Position numbers and translations under genes: made by a program. The notes beneath the pieces were generated by a model that saw nothing but the letters and a program-made list of their open reading frames with translations, was not told where the DNA came from and made no database searches. This document shows, one piece after another, positions 1 to 9,397 of a stretch of 64,000 bases of DNA. This DNA comes from an uncultured bacterium (lineage in GTDB: Bacteria > Bacillota_I > Bacilli_A > RF39 > UBA660), in contig CASDZZ010000002.1 of assembly GCA_949285875.1 (NCBI GenBank), positions 1,101 to 65,100 on the forward strand. The letters run 5' to 3'. The stretch's first letter is position 1, and each line of letters starts with the position of its first letter.

Positions 1-810
1 TAAAAGATAATAGAGTTCTGCTATAAGAAATTTTAGAATTACTTTCTGTACCATATCCAATATAATCGTCCACTAAGAAAAAATGTGCAGATGGATATAA
101 AGTATTTTCTTTATATTCAGGATATTTTGTCGTTAAATACCTTATTATTGCTATCGCTTGAATAGTTTCTTTTTCACTAGTTAAATAAAGTACAAAAGGA
201 TCATAAGCAAAGCTATCAAGAACTCTAGTTTTAAAATAATAATCTATAGATCTCTTATCAAATTCTTTTGCAATATCGACGCAAAATTGTGGTAAAAAAG
301 AATTATCCATACATATATATAACCTATGCTTTGTGCGTGAATTATTAAAGTTTCCCGAAGGATTTAAATCTTCACTAACAAAAGTCGAAAAATCAAAAAT
401 TGGCCAATGACTATTAAGCAAAAGATCACATATAACATAAGGTGCATCAGGATCAAGAGAAAAAAAGTCACTATATGAACTATTAATTACACGTTCTAAT
501 TCATTTTCTAATAATGCTTTCATTTTATTTTCTGTTGCACCATACTTTTTTAAAAATTCTTTTTTTTTGCTAATTGACATTTCATTCTTATTAAAAGCTT
601 TAATTATTTCATCATTTGACATGTTACTTATTTTACTTAAAAATAATTTAGACTTTTCCTTTAGTGTAAACATCAAGTTCATATTCAACGCTTCTTCATT
701 TAATCCATATCTGTTTATATTGAATTGCCTTCGTGAATTTATACCTAATTGTTCCATAATGTAATCATCACGTTCTGGTGGTGATATAAAATTATTTATT
801 TTATTTCCCA
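1..810 (-). CDS. hypothetical protein; ATG at 810, runs off the window start so the 3' part is outside
   Basis: Continuous minus-strand reading frame from 810 to position 1 (MGNKINNFISPPERDDYIMEQLG...). Absent from the ORF track because no stop lies inside the window. A strand-opposite 65-aa ORF (567..764) is ignored. Confidence 0.45.
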
Positions 811-1317
811 TAAAATCTTATACTCTCCTTTTTAATAGCGTTTATACTATCATTTTTTCTAATACTTTGTCAACTTTCAAAACTTCTATTAATTTTAATT
901 TAAAAATACCAAGAGAATGAAACAAAAGTATAAATATCAACAAAAAAACTAATGAAATTAATAATCTATTTACTTTGAAAAAAGTTAAGTTTGAAAACTT
1001 TTTTGAATATTATAAAAAACTACTTCTAATAATTATTCCAAATTCTCTAACTTTTTATAAATAATAAAAAATTCAAAAATTAAGAGATACTTTTGTAACT
1101 TTACTTTTTCAAGAAAAGACACTAGTAAAAAAATAAAATAATAAGATTATATATTTTGTTTTCTAGAAAACCTTAATAGAAAATTATTCATGTTAAAATA
1201 TTAATAATATTACAAACCAGATGAATAATTGCTACAGAGAAAGTTTAATTTATAAAATACTTTTTGAAACCACTCTAAAGAAGTTTAATAAACCATTAAT
1301 AAAAATTTATAAATTAA

Positions 1318-2411
1318 TTAATTTTTCCTATACCCAGATATATTAAGTATAATTCCCATTGATACAAGCGTAATTAATAAACTACTTCCTCCATAGCTAA
1401 AAAACGGAAGCGTAACACCCGTTACCGGGATTAAACCAACTACTACAGCTAAATTAAGTAACGTTTGAAACGTTAATTGAAAGATTATTCCAAAAGTTAG
1501 GAACTTAGAAAATAAATTATAGAAATTTTAATACTTTTTAAAATAATTATTAAAAATAATACCGAAACGGAAATAATTCCTAAGATTCCTAATTCTTCAG
1601 AAATAATTGAAAAAATAAAGTCTGTTTGAGGTTCAGGTAAATAAAAATGTTTTTGTATAGAATTTCCAAAACCCATTCCAAAAAGACCTCCAGGACCTAT
1701 AGCAAATAAAGATTGTATAGATTGAAAACCAGATCCTAACGGATCACTCCAAGGATTTAGAAAAGATACTATTCTAGCTAATCTGTATGGAGCTGCTAAA
1801 ATAAGTAACACTACCCCTACCATACCTACCATTCCAATTTTTATAAAAAATGAAAAATTAACACCAGATACAAATAGCATAGCAACAATTGTCATCACAA
1901 ATATGGTCCCAGTTCCAAAATCAGGTTGGAGCATAATTAAAAAGAATGCAAGCATCGTAATTAGTAAAATTGGAAAAGCACCTTTTTTTACTGACTTCAT
2001 AGTTTTTGGATTTTTGTAAATATATTTACTCGTAAAAATTATAAGTGCTAACTTCATAAATTCACTAGGTTGAATTCCTAGTCCGCCTATACCAAACCAG
2101 CTTCTAGAACCGTTTCTAACCGTACCAATTCCAGGTATTAAGACTAAAATCAAAAGAATAAAGCATGCTAGTAAAATTATATTTGATTTTTCCAAATAAT
2201 ATTTATAAGGTACTTTACTTATAAAAAACATTAGTATTATGCCAATCAAAAAAAATAAGCTTTGCATTATTACATAATGAAATTTATCACCAAATTTATA
2301 TTCCGCCCATATACTAGAGGCCGAATAAATCATTATAATACCATATATTGAAATGATAAAAATAGTTATTATTAATGAAACATCTATCTTTTTCTTTATA
2401 ATATTATCACC
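1318..2411 (-). pseudogene. FtsW/RodA/SpoVE (SEDS) family gene, frameshifted near 1500-1530
   Basis: ORF 1497..2333 carries the SEDS motif PEPQTDFIFSIISEELG and then stops. The missing C-terminal block (GLIPVTGVTLPFFSYGGSSLL...YRKN*) is read in the +1 frame from about 1528 down to 1318. The junction lies at an A4 homopolymer, 1508-1511. The N-terminal extension to 2411 has no ATG. Confidence 0.5.
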
Positions 2412-2484
2412 TACCTAATATAGTTCCTATTTTAAAATATTCAAAATAAATAAAAAAAGAACGTTTAAAGTTCATAGTTAAACA

Positions 2485-2511
2485 TTAAAAAAGAGGCTTT
2501 TTAAGCCTCTT
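2485..2511 (-). terminator. rho-independent terminator after the YjcZ-like peptide gene
   Basis: aagaggctt-ttt-aagcctctt forms a perfect 9-bp stem; a T-run follows on the minus strand. Confidence 0.55.
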
Positions 2512-2638
2512 AGCACATAAATGAGCCAACAATAATAGCAAGTAAAATATATAAAACAATTACTATTAAGTAGCCTTTACCAGATCTGCATCCGCAAGGA
2601 TTTGTGCAGCTGGTAGTTGTAGTTGAACAACATGCCAT
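2510..2638 (-). CDS. small membrane peptide, YjcZ-like sporulation peptide family candidate (42 aa, MACCSTTTTSCTNPCGCRSGKGYLIVIVLYILLAIIVGSFMC)
   Basis: GGAGG lies 10 nt upstream of the ATG. Gly/Cys-rich N-terminus followed by a hydrophobic tail like B. subtilis YjcZ. Not in the ORF track because it is under 60 aa. Confidence 0.5.
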   Translation of the reverse strand: MACCSTTTTSCTNPCGCRSGKGYLIVIVLYILLAIIVGSFMC

Positions 2639-2660
2639 AGTTTACAAACCTCCTTTTTTA

Positions 2661-2744
2661 TTAAACGTAAGCACCTATTATGATTACTAATAAAATGAAT
2701 AATACTAATATAATTCCAGCACCTGAAGCATAATTGTTTCCCAT
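2661..2744 (-). CDS. small membrane peptide, YjcZ-like (27 aa, MGNNYASGAGIILVLFILLVIIIGAYV)
   Basis: GGAGG RBS 6-7 nt upstream. Gly-rich N-terminus plus LVLFILLVIIIG core, as in YjcZ. Arranged in tandem with the 42-aa peptide gene. Confidence 0.5.
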   Translation of the reverse strand: MGNNYASGAGIILVLFILLVIIIGAYV

Positions 2745-2884
2745 AATTCATTCCTCCTTTTTGTCTTTTCAAAGTATTTTATGGTATACATACTAATTGT
2801 GTGAATATGTTTATTAAAAAAGTTGTATTTTCAAGAATATTTTGTTATTATATAAGGGTATAATTAAATTGGAGGCAAGATAAA

Positions 2885-4135
2885 ATGGAAGAAAATAAAA
2901 AAGCTGGAGTAAAAAAAGATAGCAAAACAAAAAAAACTACAGCTACAAAGAAAAACGAGACAAAAAAAGCTGAAAAAGCAAAAAAAGTAAATAGTACGAA
3001 AAATAAAGTTACAAAAAAAGATTCAAAGAAAAAAGAAGAAATAAAAGAAGTTGTTAAAGAAGAAGTTAAAAAAGAAAAATTAGAAGTAAAACCTAAAAAA
3101 GAAAATAAATTAAAAAAATGGTTTGATAACCTTACATTAGAGCAACTTATAATTGGTGGTGTTATTGTAATTGCAATTTTACTAATCATTTTAATAGCAG
3201 TTTCAACAAAGAATACTAAAACTAAAGATGGTGATGATATTGTTATTAAAATAGATGGTAAAACAATAACTGCTGACGATCTTTACAAAGAATTAAAAGC
3301 ACAAAATGGTCAAGTAGTAGCTATAAATATGATTGATGACTATATTTTAGATAAAGAATATAAAACTACTGATGATATGAAAGAATCAGCAGAAGCTACA
3401 ATTGAAACTTATAAAAGTACTTATGGTGATAATTTTCAATCATTTCTAGAATATAATGGTTTAAGAGATGAAAGTGAATTAAAAGAATTACTAATTAAAA
3501 ATACTAAATTAGGAAATGCTACTGATGATTATATAAAAGAGAATCTATCAGAAAAAGAACTTAAAGAATATTATGAAAAAGAAATAGTTGGAGATATTAA
3601 AGCCAGTCACATTCTTATTTCTTTCGATTATGAAGATGATGCTACTGATGAAGAAAAAGAAAAAGCTAAAGAAGAAGCAAAAAAGAAAGCAGAAGAAATT
3701 ATTCAAAAATTAAAAGATGGTGCTAAATTTGCTGATTTAGCTAAAGAATATTCAGAAGATGAAAGTACCAAGAAAAATGGTGGTGACTTAGGTTACTTTA
3801 ATAAAGGAGAAATGGAAGAATCTTTTGAAAAAGCTGCTTATGATTTAAAAGTAAATGAATATACTACTACACCAATTGAAACTTCTTATGGTTATCATGT
3901 TATTTTAAAAACAGAAGAAAAAGAAAAACCAAGTTATGAAAAATCAAAAGATACAATAATTGAAAAATTAATAGAAGAAAAGAAAAATGAAGATTCAACA
4001 ATAAGTGTAAAAGCAATGGCTTCATTAAGAGAAAAATATAACATGGTTATAAAAGATAAGACGGTAAAAAGTGATTATGAAACTTATATAAAAAATGCAA
4101 CAACAACCACTACAACAACTACTTCTAGTAATTAA
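2885..4135 (+). CDS. prsA: parvulin-type peptidyl-prolyl isomerase (foldase PrsA-like), membrane-anchored
   Basis: PpiC/parvulin core (GGDLGYFNKGEMEESFEKAAYDLKVNEYTTTPIETSYGYHVI). One TM helix follows a 75-aa Lys/Glu-rich N-terminus. Poly-Thr C-terminal tail. Confidence 0.75.
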   Translation: MEENKKAGVKKDSKTKKTTATKKNETKKAEKAKKVNSTKNKVTKKDSKKKEEIKEVVKEEVKKEKLEVKPKKENKLKKWFDNLTLEQLIIGGVIVIAILLIILIAVSTKNTKTKDGDDIVIKIDGKTITADDLYKELKAQNGQVVAINMIDDYILDKEYKTTDDMKESAEATIETYKSTYGDNFQSFLEYNGLRDESELKELLIKNTKLGNATDDYIKENLSEKELKEYYEKEIVGDIKASHILISFDYEDDATDEEKEKAKEEAKKKAEEIIQKLKDGAKFADLAKEYSEDESTKKNGGDLGYFNKGEMEESFEKAAYDLKVNEYTTTPIETSYGYHVILKTEEKEKPSYEKSKDTIIEKLIEEKKNEDSTISVKAMASLREKYNMVIKDKTVKSDYETYIKNATTTTTTTTSSN

Positions 4136-4137
4136 AA

Positions 4138-4164
4138 AAAGAGGAAAAAAATTCCTCTTTTTTA
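4138..4164. terminator. bidirectional terminator between prsA and recX
   Basis: agaggaa-aaaaa-ttcctct hairpin flanked by an A-run and a T-run. Confidence 0.6.
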
Positions 4165-4938
4165 AATGTCATATAATTGATTTATTTCTTCTTTCGAATA
4201 ACCCTTTTGATATAATTTCCCGCTTATAAAATATTTTAATTTATCCTTGTCATACTTATTTTTATATTTATTAAATAATTTATCAAAATCTTTTTTTAAT
4301 AAATTATAATCTGTTTTAAAATGATGATTTTCTAAGAGTGACATAACATCTGATTTTTCATAACCAAGATTTAAAAAATAATTTAAAATTTTTGTTTTAA
4401 CTGAAGTTACATTTCCTTTTCTTATTTTCAACTGTTTTTCAAACAAATTATACATCTTTTCTTTTAACATATTATAATCAGTTTCCTCTAATACTTCGTC
4501 TATTATTTCTTTTGAAACTCCTAATTTAATTAAATTATTTTTTATTTTTAAAGGACCTGATGTACTTAAAACCAATTGATCATTTGCATAAGCTTTAGCA
4601 AAATTAAAGTCATTAATATAGTTTTCCCTTTCTAATCTACCTACTACTTCCTTAATTTTTTCTTCGTTAATTCCTTTTTTTATCAAATACTGATCTATTT
4701 CTTTTTTACTTCTTAATCTAATTAAAATATAATTTAAGGCTATAAAATAAGCATTAACAGCATTATTTTGTTCTAATAAAAAATCGATTGATTCTTTTTC
4801 TATCTCTTTTTTTAGTAATAAATTATTATCTATTATTACTTCTTCATAAAGAGTAATATTATTTCCATCATCTAAAAAAATTTTATACTTATTCTTAGAA
4901 ATTTTTTTGAATTTTAGTATTTTCATAAACTCCTCCAT
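4162..4938 (-). CDS. recX: recombination regulator RecX
   Basis: Length and helical-repeat pattern typical of RecX (KYKIFLDDGNNITL..., repeated L/K-rich three-helix units). Confidence 0.6.
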   Translation of the reverse strand: MEEFMKILKFKKISKNKYKIFLDDGNNITLYEEVIIDNNLLLKKEIEKESIDFLLEQNNAVNAYFIALNYILIRLRSKKEIDQYLIKKGINEEKIKEVVGRLERENYINDFNFAKAYANDQLVLSTSGPLKIKNNLIKLGVSKEIIDEVLEETDYNMLKEKMYNLFEKQLKIRKGNVTSVKTKILNYFLNLGYEKSDVMSLLENHHFKTDYNLLKKDFDKLFNKYKNKYDKDKLKYFISGKLYQKGYSKEEINQLYDI

Positions 4939-4955
4939 ACAAAAAAAACATAATA

Positions 4956-5159
4956 CTACTTAACGTGTATTAAGTCTTCCATAACTTCTTCTAAAGCTCT
5001 ACCTATATTTTTTTCACATTTATACTTTGACTCAGGCATTTGATAATGCTTAGTTTCAGTCATTTCCTTAGCTCTTCTAGAAACTATGTGAACTAACAAA
5101 TATTTAGATCCAACTTTAGTTAAAATTTTATCTATAGATGGATAAATCACTAATATCAC
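4956..5159 (-). CDS. rpoZ: DNA-directed RNA polymerase subunit omega
   Basis: YPSIDKILTKVGSKYLLVHIVSRRAKEM matches the RpoZ signature (PSIDxLLxKVDSKYxLVxxAAKRAR). Confidence 0.75.
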   Translation of the reverse strand: MILVIYPSIDKILTKVGSKYLLVHIVSRRAKEMTETKHYQMPESKYKCEKNIGRALEEVMEDLIHVK

Positions 5160-5236
5160 ACTCCCTAATACTAGAATACCACTAATGTAATATAATTATC
5201 AATAGTTTGTACATTATTTTACATTTTTTATAAAAT

Positions 5237-5728
5237 TTAAATAACTTTTTTTAGTTTTTGATCATTCAAAGAATACATTAAAGATTTACATAAAATGTTA
5301 TTATTATTCTCCATAACATCAAGCAACCTTTTATCAAAAGAAGAAATATCTTCTCCTTCTTCTTTTATTTTTTTTCTTAGATTACTAACGTTTTTTAAAA
5401 TAATTCTATTATTAGAACGAATTTTTTTATATAGATTTTCTTCAGTTGGATTTTCTTTCCAATCTCGATAACCAGAGCATAAAGATTTTGCTATTGTTTC
5501 AAATTCCTCACTATTAAATCCACGTTTCAAAAAAGCTTCCTTTATGCTTATTTTTCCTCCAAGTACTTTCAAAATATTTTGAAAACCTAATAAAATTTCT
5601 AACTCAGGATAAAAAACGTCAGCATAATTTAGTTCTTCTCTTTCTTCATCCCCATAACATGTAATTATAACTTTTTCTCTTAAAATTTCTAAAAAATCAT
5701 TACTAACATTTTCCATTATATCCTCCAC
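5237..5728 (-). CDS. hypothetical protein
   Basis: 163-aa ORF with no recognisable motif. It is the first gene of the recombinase island. Confidence 0.5.
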   Translation of the reverse strand: MEDIMENVSNDFLEILREKVIITCYGDEEREELNYADVFYPELEILLGFQNILKVLGGKISIKEAFLKRGFNSEEFETIAKSLCSGYRDWKENPTEENLYKKIRSNNRIILKNVSNLRKKIKEEGEDISSFDKRLLDVMENNNNILCKSLMYSLNDQKLKKVI

Positions 5729-5770
5729 ACTATCAAAATTATATCATAATTTTAATTTAACTAAAAGAAA

Positions 5771-5794
5771 AAAAGTTCCTAAAAGGGAACTTTT
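5771..5794. terminator. terminator hairpin downstream of the SWIM-protein gene
   Basis: aaaagttcc-taaaag-ggaactttt forms a 9-bp stem; T-run on the minus strand. Confidence 0.55.
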
Positions 5795-5945
5795 TTAAAA
5801 CTTGTTACAACAACCAGGATCAACGTTTGTTACTACGTCTTCTTCAGAACAAGTATATTGTGGCGTATATTTATGTTCTATTATATGGTTATTAATAACT
5901 TTGGTGTGAATTGGACAAATATGTCCTTGCCCTTTTTTGATAGAT

Positions 5946-7529
5946 TTAATTTTTAATTGCTTTATTTATTTCATCAAATAACGCTGAACACTTTTGATAA
6001 TCTGAATTTTTTAAATCTATTAAAATTTTTTCTACTAATTCATTACCATTATTCAATTTTGAAATTGCACTTATATATTTTGATGCTTTATTGTAAATAT
6101 CTCTGCTCTTTTCTTGTTTAAGAATATTATAAAATTCATTAATAAAATGATTATATAATTCATCGTTATAGTTATCTTTTAAAATTTCTATATTATCTAA
6201 CAATAAATATCTATAATTACTATCAATTAATAAGTTCCATAACTTTTCTTGTTTTTCATAAAATTTATAAAGCTTAACAAGTAAGAAAATATCTTTAGTT
6301 TTATTTTCTATAATACTAATAATTTTATCTTCAGTTAAATAATACCCTAAAATATTCAAATACTCAATATGTCCCAAACATAAATAACTATACAAATAAT
6401 GATTCGTATTTATATCTTTATTTTCAAAATCAGTAACCCTAACAAACCTATATAATACATCTGGAATATACATTTTATTTCTAAAATGTTTTTTTTCAAT
6501 TAATTTCATAAAAGATTTATATAAATTCATAATATCATTACTATTTTCTACTATATAATCAATATATTGAAAATATTTAGCATTTTTCAACATTAAACTA
6601 GCACACTCTGTTATGGTAAAATCATTTAATAAATGAATGGCTATTAAGACATTTGATTTTGGAACTGTATTTTTAATACTATAATGTTTTAAACTGCCTA
6701 AATAATCTTCTAATATTTTACAAAATTCATAAATTTCTTCACTACTTTTATTTTTTTTATAAAATTGAGCAATCCATCTATAATCAGAATAAACTGATAA
6801 TTTTTCATTTAATAATATTTTATCTATTTGCAATTGTAATGATTCATTTTTATATAGTTCCTCTATTTTTCTTTTTTCTCTAACATTTAATATTTCTTTA
6901 TCAAAATCATTATAATCATAATTATAATAACCAGTTAGATCTTGAACTCTTTTGTTTAATCTATCTAAAAATACAAACTCATCACTATTATTCTGTAAAT
7001 ATTTTTTATAATTCTTTTCTAGATATAAGTCATATGTTCTTTTCTCATTATTTTTAAGTTCTGTTAACAATGTTGATTTTAATTCTTCTATACTCAAATC
7101 ATCAACATATTTTTCTAATACTACATCAAAAAATAACGGTTTTTCAAAATTAAAAGATTTAATATAATCATGATAATAATCTCCATCGTTATAATAACTA
7201 TCATATTCATAGTAGTCGTCTTCGCCATCTTCATCATAATCACTATTTAGCCAGGATTCATAATCATCTACTTCATCAGGAAACAATTCAAAATATAATG
7301 CAGTCATATGCTTACAAGTAATATTTCCATTTGCATGAGGACAATCACAATATGATTTTCTAGGATGTTTTATATCTATCTTTACATAATAAGGATTTTT
7401 TAAACTTCCATCAACATATCCCTCAAATTCATGATCATTTAATTGTTTTACATTACTAACTTTATTATATTTATAATAGTCATAACCTCTACTAACAGAA
7501 GAACTACTTGCACTTGTAAGAATGCTCAT
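5946..7529 (-). CDS. SWIM zinc-finger domain protein with an acidic Tyr/Asp-rich low-complexity segment
   Basis: CDCPHANGNITCKHMTALYF fits the SWIM pattern CxCx(n)CxH. An acidic stretch DYDEDGEDDYYEYDSYYNDGDYYHDY follows. The rest is alpha-helical and K/N-rich. Confidence 0.7.
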   Translation of the reverse strand: MSILTSASSSSVSRGYDYYKYNKVSNVKQLNDHEFEGYVDGSLKNPYYVKIDIKHPRKSYCDCPHANGNITCKHMTALYFELFPDEVDDYESWLNSDYDEDGEDDYYEYDSYYNDGDYYHDYIKSFNFEKPLFFDVVLEKYVDDLSIEELKSTLLTELKNNEKRTYDLYLEKNYKKYLQNNSDEFVFLDRLNKRVQDLTGYYNYDYNDFDKEILNVREKRKIEELYKNESLQLQIDKILLNEKLSVYSDYRWIAQFYKKNKSSEEIYEFCKILEDYLGSLKHYSIKNTVPKSNVLIAIHLLNDFTITECASLMLKNAKYFQYIDYIVENSNDIMNLYKSFMKLIEKKHFRNKMYIPDVLYRFVRVTDFENKDINTNHYLYSYLCLGHIEYLNILGYYLTEDKIISIIENKTKDIFLLVKLYKFYEKQEKLWNLLIDSNYRYLLLDNIEILKDNYNDELYNHFINEFYNILKQEKSRDIYNKASKYISAISKLNNGNELVEKILIDLKNSDYQKCSALFDEINKAIKN

Positions 7530-7563
7530 ACTACCACCTCTTGATATATTATTATATCATACC

Positions 7564-9132
7564 CTAATTAGAATTATTAAAACTAACTTTAATTTTTATA
7601 GTTTTATCTTCAAAGATTTCTATTTTATCAATTAGATTAATTATTAATTCTCGGCTTGGTTCTTTCATAGATAAAAACTTATTAATATATTCATGAATCA
7701 TTTTATTTTTATATTCTTCATGAATAGTATCATCGATCTCATTATTTAACTCGTTATATCTTTTTTGTTTTATATTTAATTCATTTTCTAGTTTTAATTT
7801 TAATCTTTCAAATTGTTCTTCGGTTATCTTTTTATTTAATTTATCAATATAAATAATATCTAAGTTATCATTTATTTGTTTAATATCTTTGGTAAGTATT
7901 TCTAACTCTTTTTTATTATTAAACTTATTATCTTCTGTTAAATTATTTAATACATTATTTTTTATTTCATCTTTATTAAGATAATTTAAACACATATTAA
8001 TTAAAGATTTAATTATCGTTTTCTCTAATTCATCATAATTATTTGAATGAGTTGTACAAAGTTTTTGTTTCATATAAGTTCGATAATAATTACAAACAGT
8101 ATAACATCTATTATCTTTTTTTCTTCTTGCTTGTACTGAAATGCGATGTCCACAATCACCACAATATAAAAGCCCATCTAATAAATGATTTTCTTTCTTT
8201 TCATTTCTTCCCACATTTTTAGGTATTCTTTTTCGCGTTTCATAAAAGGTATCCTTATCAATAATCGCCTCATGGGTATTCTCTACAATTATATAGTCGC
8301 ATACATTATTTTTAATAACTTTTTTAACTTTATAATTAACTTTACTTCTTCTATTTTGAACCATATCTCCTATATACATCCTATTAGTTAAAATATCTCT
8401 TATTGTTTTAGAATGCCACTCTCCATACTTTAAATTATAATTATTTTTCCATTCAAAACTATAATACCCAGCTGGTGTTTTGACTCCTTCATTCGTTAAC
8501 TGTTTTGCTATTTTAAAAAATGATAATCCCTCTAAACACATATCAAAAATTCTTTTAACAACTAATGCTTGTTCTTCATTTATTACCAAATGATTTTTAT
8601 CATTCGGATCTTGATCATATCCAAATGGAGTTCTACCTCCTACCCATTTTCCTTCTTTTTGTTTTGCTCTTAAACTTGATTTAATTTTTTTAGAGATATC
8701 TTTAGCATACATATCATTCATAATTGCCTTGAATGGTGCAATATCATTATTAGAATTATCTAGAAAAGTGTCTATATTATCTGTAACTGCAATATACCTT
8801 ACATTATGCTCTGGAAAATACTTTTCTATTAAATTACCTGTACCAATATAATCTCTTCCTAATCTTGACATATCTTTAGTAATAACCATATTAACTCTAC
8901 CTAATTCAATATCATTTAATAATCTATTGAAATCGGGTCTATCAAAATTAGTTCCACTATATCCATCATCAATATAAATATCATAGACTCTTAAATTATT
9001 TTCTTTAACATATTGAAGTAATAAACTCTTTTGATTTGTAATACTTTCACTTTCTAATGCTTTATCATCATCTTCACGAGATAACCTTATATAAATACCA
9101 ACATTATATATCTTATTTATACTCCCTAACAA
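7564..9132 (-). CDS. large serine recombinase (resolvase/invertase N-domain + recombinase domain + zinc ribbon + coiled coil)
   Basis: GIYIRLSREDDDK...SITNQ catalytic-Ser motif. Downstream Cys cluster CGDCGHR...CYTVCNYYR. C-terminal coiled coil. TTG start with a GGAGG RBS. Confidence 0.85.
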   Translation of the reverse strand: MLGSINKIYNVGIYIRLSREDDDKALESESITNQKSLLLQYVKENNLRVYDIYIDDGYSGTNFDRPDFNRLLNDIELGRVNMVITKDMSRLGRDYIGTGNLIEKYFPEHNVRYIAVTDNIDTFLDNSNNDIAPFKAIMNDMYAKDISKKIKSSLRAKQKEGKWVGGRTPFGYDQDPNDKNHLVINEEQALVVKRIFDMCLEGLSFFKIAKQLTNEGVKTPAGYYSFEWKNNYNLKYGEWHSKTIRDILTNRMYIGDMVQNRRSKVNYKVKKVIKNNVCDYIIVENTHEAIIDKDTFYETRKRIPKNVGRNEKKENHLLDGLLYCGDCGHRISVQARRKKDNRCYTVCNYYRTYMKQKLCTTHSNNYDELEKTIIKSLINMCLNYLNKDEIKNNVLNNLTEDNKFNNKKELEILTKDIKQINDNLDIIYIDKLNKKITEEQFERLKLKLENELNIKQKRYNELNNEIDDTIHEEYKNKMIHEYINKFLSMKEPSRELIINLIDKIEIFEDKTIKIKVSFNNSN

Positions 9133-9302
9133 TTCTTACCTCCTTCTAGAGATAAATAAGTACATGATGATGGTACCTCACAATTTTTATTTTTACAAAT
9201 TGTTTTAATATATTTTTTAAGTTCTTTATTTAAAACATTTATTAAGATATCATTTACATCTTTTTCTTTATTAAAAATAAAATTTATTTTGTACTTATCC
9301 AT
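9123..9302 (-). CDS. small hypothetical protein (59 aa) overlapping the recombinase start by 10 nt
   Basis: GAGGTG RBS 8 nt upstream of the ATG at 9302. Product MDKYKINFIFNKEKDVNDILINVLNKELKKYIKTICKNKNCEVPSSCTYLSLEGGKNC. Under 60 aa, so absent from the ORF track. Confidence 0.4.
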
Positions 9303-9346
9303 AACTCTCGCACCTCACTTAAATTTATGGATAAATAACTAATTTT

Positions 9347-9397
9347 AGTAATACTAAATCGTGTAAATATCACATTACACATTAATTTAGTATTACT
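9347..9397. promoter_or_regulatory. 51-bp imperfect palindrome (operator or att-like site) upstream of the small-ORF/recombinase operon
   Basis: 13-bp perfect inverted repeat agtaatactaaat at 9347-9359 and 9385-9397, enclosing an inner inverted repeat gtgtaa / ttacac (9361-9366 and 9375-9380). On the minus strand it overlaps a TAAAAT -10-like box about 45 nt ahead of the ATG at 9302. Confidence 0.5.

Noticed and set aside
841-1320. About 480-bp ORF-free AT-rich region with an aaaagtt…aactttt hairpin around 970-1000
   Set aside because: No conserved motif or ORF. Probably an intergenic spacer or promoter region for the frameshifted SEDS gene; nothing specific can be claimed.
2566-2772. 68-aa minus-strand ORF from the six-frame track
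   Set aside because: No features. Overlaps two better-supported RBS-bearing micro-ORFs (YjcZ-like) in other frames.
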